Source: Pelagibacteraceae bacterium AG-337-I02
GTDB lineage: Bacteria > Pseudomonadota > Alphaproteobacteria > HIMB59 > GCA-002718135
Assembly: GCA_003282155.1 (NCBI GenBank)
Contig: QBZY01000001.1
Coordinates: forward strand, 18,917 to 82,916
DNA: 64,000 nucleotides
Direction: 5' to 3'
The position numbers were made by a program, and so were the translations under genes. Each line of letters starts with the position of its first letter. Position 1 is the first letter of the stretch. The notes beneath the pieces are model-generated. The model did no database searches and was not told the origin of the DNA. It saw only the letters and a list, made by a program, of their open reading frames with translations. Shown in pieces: positions 58,004 to 64,000 of the stretch.

Positions 58004-58888
58004 ATGAGTCACACAAGAGCAAATATAATGATGCTTATTGCATCGCTTATATGGGGAACAGCATTTGTTAGTCAGACGACTGGAATGGGTGCCATTGGAC
58101 CTTTTACTTTTAGTTTCGGAAGATTTTTCTTTGCTTTTTTAACTGTGATCCCATTTGCTATTTACTTAGAACAACAAAATGTTTCAAAAATATTACAAGA
58201 CAGAAAAAAAATTTATCTTTGTATTGCAACGGGAATTTTTCTTTTTGGCGGTATGGGCCTACAACAATATGCTCTTCAAAAATCGTTAATATCAAATGCT
58301 GCTTTTCTAAGTACTCTGTATGTTCCATTTGTTGGAATCATTTCAAGATTTATAATTAAGAAACAGGTTCATTGGATTATATGGGTCGCAATATTACTCT
58401 GTTTGTATGGGTCTTACCTGTTATCTTCAAATCAATCAATTGAGATACAACAATCTGATAGTCTCTTATTTATAGCGGCCTTATTTTTCGCTTTGCATAT
58501 TATTTGTATTGATATTTTTATGAAGGAAATCAATAGTCCTTTTTTGTTTGGTAGCATTCAATACTTTATAGTTTTTATATTATCTATGATCTTAGCTTTC
58601 TGGTGGGAAGAACCAAAATTTTCGAATATGCAAATTGAATGGTTTGAAATTTTGTATACAGGAATCTTCTCTGCGGGAATTGGTTATACATTACAAATAA
58701 TTGCTCAACAAAAAGCTAATCCTGCACCAGCCGCAATTATATTATCAATGGAATCTGTATTTGCTGCAATTGCAGGATGGATACTTTTAAATCAAATCTT
58801 AGACATACAAAAAATACTGGGATGCCTTGCAATATTTATTGGAGTCATTATAGTACAACTTGTACCAATATTAATTAAACAAAAATGA
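58004..58888 (+). CDS. EamA/DMT-family transporter
   Basis: 294 aa, 10 TM, two EamA repeats. Confidence 0.75.
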   Translation: MSHTRANIMMLIASLIWGTAFVSQTTGMGAIGPFTFSFGRFFFAFLTVIPFAIYLEQQNVSKILQDRKKIYLCIATGIFLFGGMGLQQYALQKSLISNAAFLSTLYVPFVGIISRFIIKKQVHWIIWVAILLCLYGSYLLSSNQSIEIQQSDSLLFIAALFFALHIICIDIFMKEINSPFLFGSIQYFIVFILSMILAFWWEEPKFSNMQIEWFEILYTGIFSAGIGYTLQIIAQQKANPAPAAIILSMESVFAAIAGWILLNQILDIQKILGCLAIFIGVIIVQLVPILIKQK

Positions 58889-59859
58889 GTGAAAAATTAG
58901 ACGTAGTAGGAATTGGAAACGCAATGGTTGATGCTATTATTCCATCCAATCAAAGCGAAATTGAAAAACATGAGATCAATAGAGATTCAATGAATCTTAT
59001 TGATGAAGGTTTAAAAAATAATTTACATGATAGTTATTCAATCAGAGAAATGGCAGGTGGCGGATCACTTGGTAATTCTATGTTTGGTATTACATCATTT
59101 GGTGGCAATGGAAGCTTTATTGGGAAAATAAAAAATGATGAAATTGGTATTTATCTTCAAAAAGATATGGTTCGCGAAGGATTAAATTTTCCTTTAGGTT
59201 TTACATCACCTGATATTTCAACAGGTTGTTGCACAATATTTGTAGAGGAAGATGGAACAAGAACGATGTGTACTTTTTTGGGCGCAGGAACGCTGATAGG
59301 ACCTGAAGATATCAAAGAGGATGATATTAAAAATCATAAGATTGCTTATTTAGAAGGATATTTGTGGGATAATGAAAATGCAAAAAAAGCTATGAGAAAA
59401 ATGGTGGATATTTGTAAAGCTGATAATCAAAAAATTGCTTTTACTCTTTCTGATCTTTTTTGTGTTGATAGACACCGCGACTCTTTTAAAGAATTAATAA
59501 CAGAGAATGTTGATATTTTATTTGCCAATGAGGATGAAATCAAAGCTATGGCAGAAACGGATAGTTTTGATGAAGGTTTAGAATATGCAAAATCATTAAA
59601 TATTGTCTCAGCTATCACTAAAGGAAGTAGTGGATCAGTAATTGTATCAGGAAGTGAAGTAACTGAAGTTTCGGCAAAAAAAGTAGAAAAGGTTATTGAT
59701 ACAACTGGTGCTGGAGATTTGTTTGCAGCTGGCTTTCTATTTGGTTATTCAAAAAATAAAAGCATGGAAGAATGCGGAAACTATGCCTCGATTGCTGCGG
59801 CAGAGATTATCTCGCACTACGGCGCAAGACCTTTAACAAAACTATCTAGTTTAATTTAG
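58885..59859 (+). CDS. PfkB-family kinase, probable adenosine kinase
   Basis: 324 aa. The DTTGAGDLFAAGFLFG motif and overall similarity to alphaproteobacterial adenosine kinases. 4-nt overlap with the preceding gene. Confidence 0.78.
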   Translation: MSEKLDVVGIGNAMVDAIIPSNQSEIEKHEINRDSMNLIDEGLKNNLHDSYSIREMAGGGSLGNSMFGITSFGGNGSFIGKIKNDEIGIYLQKDMVREGLNFPLGFTSPDISTGCCTIFVEEDGTRTMCTFLGAGTLIGPEDIKEDDIKNHKIAYLEGYLWDNENAKKAMRKMVDICKADNQKIAFTLSDLFCVDRHRDSFKELITENVDILFANEDEIKAMAETDSFDEGLEYAKSLNIVSAITKGSSGSVIVSGSEVTEVSAKKVEKVIDTTGAGDLFAAGFLFGYSKNKSMEECGNYASIAAAEIISHYGARPLTKLSSLI

Positions 59860-60871
59860 ATAATAATTCATTTTTATTTTCTTCATCACAAAAAGAATAC
59901 TTAATGGCATTGTGAGTAAGTGATGTAAGTTCTTTTTCATTCAAACCTAATTCTTCCATAACTTTATATTCACCTTGAATAGTTGCATTAAAGAATGGAG
60001 GGTCATCTGAATTAACAGTGACTTTTACACCTTGATCAAATAATGTTTTAACTGGATGACTTTCATAATCTTCATAAATCTTTGTAGCGATATTACTTGT
60101 AGGACAAGTTTCAAGAATAATATCTTTTTCAATAATCTCTTTTACAAGATCTGGATCTTCAATTGATCTTACGCCGTGACCTAATCTAGTCGGGTGTAAT
60201 AAATTTATAGCATTACGGATATTTTCTGGACCATCCCATTCACCAGCATGAACAGAAATGGGAAAATTCATCTCTTTCAGCATATCAAATGTTTTTACAA
60301 ATAGACTTGGAGGGAAATGTAACTCATCACCAGCTAAACCAAAACCAACTAAGCATGGGTGAGGGTTATCAAGGACTTCTTTAGCTGTATTTTGAACAGA
60401 CTCTGGTCCAAGATGTCTAATGCCATTCATTATATATCGAGATACAATACCAAAATCCTCTTCAGCTTTTTTGGAAGCTTCATAAACTCCTTCAATGAAA
60501 GAGTCATAGGTCATACCTTTTTCTTTGGCATGAGTTGAGGAAATCATCGCCTCAACATAGAGAACATTGTTAGCGGCACATTCTTTTAAATACTCATATG
60601 TTAATTCAAAATAATCTTCTGGGGTATGTATTACAGAAGTAACAATGTCGTACTTTTTTATAAAATCATAAAAATCATCCCATTGGTATGCATATTTTGA
60701 TCCAAACATTTCTTCTGGTATTTCATGATTGTTGCGCATAGCAAATTTTTTACAAAGATCTGGTGTAATGGTAGCTTCAAGATGAACATGAATTTCTGCT
60801 TTTTTAACTGTATTAAAAATTTTCATATAATTGAAATTATGTATATAATAAATTAGTGGAAACAAAAACAA
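59846..60871 (-). CDS. add: Adenosine deaminase
   Basis: Metal and catalytic blocks HVHLEAT, SVHAGE and TVNSDDPPFF. The probable true start is Met16 (MKIFNTVKKAEIHVH, ~60826), which removes the overlap with the divergent gene. Confidence 0.87.
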   Translation of the reverse strand: MFLFPLIYYIHNFNYMKIFNTVKKAEIHVHLEATITPDLCKKFAMRNNHEIPEEMFGSKYAYQWDDFYDFIKKYDIVTSVIHTPEDYFELTYEYLKECAANNVLYVEAMISSTHAKEKGMTYDSFIEGVYEASKKAEEDFGIVSRYIMNGIRHLGPESVQNTAKEVLDNPHPCLVGFGLAGDELHFPPSLFVKTFDMLKEMNFPISVHAGEWDGPENIRNAINLLHPTRLGHGVRSIEDPDLVKEIIEKDIILETCPTSNIATKIYEDYESHPVKTLFDQGVKVTVNSDDPPFFNATIQGEYKVMEELGLNEKELTSLTHNAIKYSFCDEENKNELLSKLN

Positions 60872-61767
60872 ATAGAAGGAATTTTATTGTTGGAGCAAGC
60901 TGCTCATTATGTGGATCTGTATTTTTACCATCTTGTACACAAGTTCCTCTAACAAATAGAAGTCAGTTAAATTTATATGATAGCAACCTCCCTATAATTT
61001 TAATGGGCGGAGGTATCCTTGGAACACCAAAGATCTATCCCAATGAAAGATCTCTCAATCAAGAGGTTGAAAAAACATATTCAAGATTTTTATCTAAAGC
61101 TAAAGAAGATAAAATTCTTTTAGATAACACAGATGAATCTAAAAAAATTGAAGAGATAGGAAAAGAAATTTATACCTCTCTTGATACATATTATCTAAAT
61201 AAGCGTGAAAAAAATCCTGCTGGAAATTTTAATTGGCAGTTCGCTCTTATAGATTCAGAGAATAAAAATGCTTGGTGTATGCCAGGGGGCAAAATCGCTT
61301 TTTATACAGGTATACTTCCTATATGTAAAAATGATGATGGTATTGCAGCAGTCATGGGACATGAAATTGCTCATGCATTTGCAAGACATACTGTAGAAAA
61401 ACTAACTCAGGCTTCTATGATACAAATGGCAACCATTGGGATATCACGAAGTAGGTATGCAGAACTTCTTAATAAGTCTTTTAGAGTAGGTAATGTAGGT
61501 GGTAATGTTTACAACTCAGTTGTTAAATATGGAATCTTTCTTCCCTTTAGTAGAAAAATGGAAAGTGAAGCAGATTATTTAGGCATGGGATTTATGAATC
61601 TTGCAGGCTTTAATATTAAAGAACCTGCTAAACTATGGCAAAGAATGATGGCAGATCAAGAAGGAAGAATGCCAGAATTTATGGGATCTCACCCAAGTCC
61701 AGATAATAGATCAAAAAAATTTCTAGAATGGGAAAGTGAAGTTGTAGATAAATTTCCTCGTGTTTAA
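60856..61767 (+). CDS. M48-family zinc metallopeptidase, probable lipoprotein
   Basis: 303 aa with a GTG start, a lipobox-like N-terminus (GASCSLCGSVFLPSC), HEIAH and a downstream ESEADYLG. Confidence 0.8.
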   Translation: METKTNRRNFIVGASCSLCGSVFLPSCTQVPLTNRSQLNLYDSNLPIILMGGGILGTPKIYPNERSLNQEVEKTYSRFLSKAKEDKILLDNTDESKKIEEIGKEIYTSLDTYYLNKREKNPAGNFNWQFALIDSENKNAWCMPGGKIAFYTGILPICKNDDGIAAVMGHEIAHAFARHTVEKLTQASMIQMATIGISRSRYAELLNKSFRVGNVGGNVYNSVVKYGIFLPFSRKMESEADYLGMGFMNLAGFNIKEPAKLWQRMMADQEGRMPEFMGSHPSPDNRSKKFLEWESEVVDKFPRV

Positions 61768-61789
61768 TTTTTAGTGTATTAGGAAAGTT

Positions 61790-62836
61790 ATGTTAGCTGT
61801 TGAAGTTAAAAATCTGACTCATGAGATTAATAATAAAAAAATCTTAAATAATATTGAGTTCAATCTAACCAAGGATAGCATTTCTTGTATTCTTGGTCCT
61901 TCAGGAAGTGGAAAAACAACATTATTAAAACTTATTGCAGGTTTAGAAAAAGTACAATCTGGTGAAATCTTAATAAATGGCGAAGAGGTGAGTAGTTCAA
62001 AAAAACATTTGCCAACTGAAAAGAGAAAAATTGGATTTTTATTTCAAGACTATGCTTTATTTCCACATTTAACAGTCAAGCAAAACTTAGAGTATCCCAT
62101 AAATTATAAAAATTCAAATTATAGAATTGAGGATATTATTGATTTAATAAAACTTCCAAACTCTCTAAATAAATTTCCCCATGAGTTAAGTGGTGGCGAA
62201 CAACAAAGAGTAGCATTAGCAAGATCAATTATTTCTCAACCTGATTTACTTTTATTAGATGAGCCATTTTCGAGTCTTGATTTAAATTTAAGAGAAGAGG
62301 TCAGGGATGATACTTTGCATTTATTACAAAAATCTAACATATCAGTAATTATTGTTACTCATGATCCATTTGAAGCTATGTTCATTTCTAATCAAATAAA
62401 TATTATGGATACCTCAGGATATATTATTCAATCTGGTAGCCCGGCAGAATTATATAAAAATCCTAAGAATTCGTATGTGACTGAATTTTTTGGCGAAACA
62501 AATAGGTTTCATGGAAAAGTTAATAACTCTTTTGTAGATACGCCAGTAGGAAAAATTAAAGCTCCAAATGAACTTGAAAATACAAATGTAGAAATACATG
62601 TAAGACCACAAGGAGTAAAATTAAAACAACAACCAACACCTGTTAATGGAATAAAAGGTACTGTTATGGCCTCAAAATTAATGGGGTCTTTTAGTTTTGT
62701 TCATCTTTCAGTGCTTGATGATAATAATCAGGTTATTCATGTTCATAGTCACATGCCTCCAGAATTTAATCCTCAACAATCATCTGCTGTCGAAATTGAG
62801 ATAGATCAATCTCAAGCTTTTATTTTTAAAAATTAG
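61790..62836 (+). CDS. ABC transporter ATP-binding protein (Fe3+/polyamine FbpC/PotA type)
   Basis: 348 aa. Walker A GPSGSGKTT, signature LSGGEQQRVALARS, and a C-terminal TOBE-like domain. Confidence 0.88.
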   Translation: MLAVEVKNLTHEINNKKILNNIEFNLTKDSISCILGPSGSGKTTLLKLIAGLEKVQSGEILINGEEVSSSKKHLPTEKRKIGFLFQDYALFPHLTVKQNLEYPINYKNSNYRIEDIIDLIKLPNSLNKFPHELSGGEQQRVALARSIISQPDLLLLDEPFSSLDLNLREEVRDDTLHLLQKSNISVIIVTHDPFEAMFISNQINIMDTSGYIIQSGSPAELYKNPKNSYVTEFFGETNRFHGKVNNSFVDTPVGKIKAPNELENTNVEIHVRPQGVKLKQQPTPVNGIKGTVMASKLMGSFSFVHLSVLDDNNQVIHVHSHMPPEFNPQQSSAVEIEIDQSQAFIFKN

Positions 62837-64000
62837 TTGCTTTCTTTTTTTTGTGAAACTCTTTGAAGAGTTGTGTTTAAAAATATTACTGGACCAAGAC
62901 CAACCACAATAATTATTAGAGCAGCAAATGATGATTCTTGTAAAAGTTCATCTGATGCATATTGGTAGACATAAGTTGCTAAAGTTTCAAAATTAAAAGG
63001 TCTTAGCAGTAGGGTGATCGGAAGTTCTTTTAAAATATCAACAAAAACTAGGATACCTCCAATTAGGATATTGGTATAAATTAAGGGTAATACGATTACT
63101 CGAATTGTATTTAGAAAACCTTTTCCCATTGTTTGGGAAGCATCAACCGCATTTGGATGAACTTTAAGTATTCCTGATCGCAGGGCAGCATTGCCAACTG
63201 CTAAAAATCTAGTTGTGTAAGCAAAAATTAATACTAAGAAACCACCTGCGGCATAACCCATTTCAATATTAATTATTGAGTTTAACCATCCAAAAAAGAT
63301 AACAATGCCAACTGCAAGTATAGTACCTGGTAGAGCATAACCACATGAAGCTACAAAAATTAATCCTTTTTGAAAAGTATTTGATTTATAATTTGATACA
63401 ATAATTAGAATTATAGAAACTAGCATGACAGTAGCAGCTCCTGCAAGTGCAAGTGATATACTTGTTGTTGCTGCAAATATAACTTCACTAAAATTAATTA
63501 TAGAAAAACCACTTAAAACGAAATTTAAAAGAATGAGCACAGGAATTACAAATCCAAGAGTAATTGGGGCCAAACAAATTAAAAAACAAAGTAACTTTCC
63601 AGAAAATGAAATTGTTTCTGACTCAAGCATATTTTGACCACTACTTTTTTCAAAATATCTTTGTCTACGTCTTGCTAAATATTCAATAGTTAAAAGGACA
63701 ACAACAAAAATAAATAAAACTGAAGATATTTGTGCTGCACCTGATAGACTGTTCATTCCCAACCAAACATTAAATACACCAAGGGTTAGAGTTTCTAGAG
63801 CAAAGTATTCAACTGTACCAAAATCAGAAATTGTTTCCATTAATACAAGTGCTAGGCCAGCAAATATTCCTGGTCTTGCAAGTGGCAGAGCAACAGAAAA
63901 AAAACTGCTTCGTCCATAAATTAAACTTGTTTGATAAAAAGATATGGGCACGGTTAAAAAAGATGCTCTAGTCATCATGTAAATATATGGATAAAGAACA
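62833..64000 (-). CDS. ABC transporter permease (FbpB-type); the 5' end lies beyond the window
   Basis: The polytopic ORF stays open to the window edge: VLYPYIY precedes the first listed Met. 4-nt overlap with the convergent ATPase gene. Confidence 0.8.
   Translation of the reverse strand, partial: VLYPYIYMMTRASFLTVPISFYQTSLIYGRSSFFSVALPLARPGIFAGLALVLMETISDFGTVEYFALETLTLGVFNVWLGMNSLSGAAQISSVLFIFVVVLLTIEYLARRRQRYFEKSSGQNMLESETISFSGKLLCFLICLAPITLGFVIPVLILLNFVLSGFSIINFSEVIFAATTSISLALAGAATVMLVSIILIIVSNYKSNTFQKGLIFVASCGYALPGTILAVGIVIFFGWLNSIINIEMGYAAGGFLVLIFAYTTRFLAVGNAALRSGILKVHPNAVDASQTMGKGFLNTIRVIVLPLIYTNILIGGILVFVDILKELPITLLLRPFNFETLATYVYQYASDELLQESSFAALIIIVVGLGPVIFLNTTLQRVSQKKESN

Noticed and set aside
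59846-60871. A 16-nt overlap of the divergent add and M48 peptidase 5' ends, and the 14-nt add / adenosine kinase overlap, as possible regulatory antisense arrangements.
   Set aside because: The 5' overlap disappears if add starts at its Met16 (MKIFNTV..., just before the HVHLEAT motif). The 3' overlap is ordinary for this compact genome.
1-64000. CRISPR arrays, transposases or integrases, prophage genes, toxin-antitoxin or restriction-modification modules, and rRNA or tRNA genes.
   Set aside because: Every spacer longer than about 80 nt was read, and none shows repeat-spacer structure or tRNA-like GC-rich cloverleaf segments. No ORF carries DDE, tyrosine-recombinase or defence-system motifs. 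The methyltransferase-like ORF at 40852 has no partner nuclease. tRNA and ncRNA covariance scans were not possible here.

Overview
This is a very AT-rich, tightly packed alphaproteobacterial chromosome segment. Most spacers are 0-30 nt and there are many ATGA/TAATG start-stop overlaps. Gene content and architecture look like a SAR11/Pelagibacterales genome; that is inference, not a database hit. 1-31.5 kb is core housekeeping, almost all on the minus strand: gyrB (partial)-recF-dnaN-dnaA, rpsT, mutM, ubiE, coaBC, fabA-fabB-fabI, the nusA-infB-rbfA-truB-rpsO-pnp block, trmB, the miaB-phoH-ybeY-corC-lnt block, rimI/tsaB, an Nfu protein, trpS and murJ. 31.5-52.3 kb is a phosphorus-acquisition island. 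It holds a divergent PiT-like membrane protein, a SET-domain protein, the PlcP-Agt lipid-remodelling pair and a DUF47-PiT phosphate transporter. It also holds an orphan PhnZ-type HD oxygenase with a CX5R phosphatase, and phnW followed by an AllA-like cupin and a metallophosphoesterase. The rest of the island is the phnA-phnY hydrolytic phosphonate route, a Ugp/MalK-type ABC importer, and an unassigned MetE-like / Fe-ADH / methyltransferase-like trio. Several of these operons are preceded by 11-bp-phased yTGTAAy repeats that resemble Pho boxes. 52.4-64 kb carries two small zinc-ribbon proteins, an MFS transporter, msrPQ and a c-type cytochrome gene broken by two in-frame stops. It also carries an orphan family-5 binding protein, adenosine kinase and deaminase, an M48 peptidase and the start of an iron-type ABC system. 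I recognised no rRNA, tRNA, CRISPR, transposase or integrase genes. All product calls come from motif recognition in the supplied translations; no searches were run.
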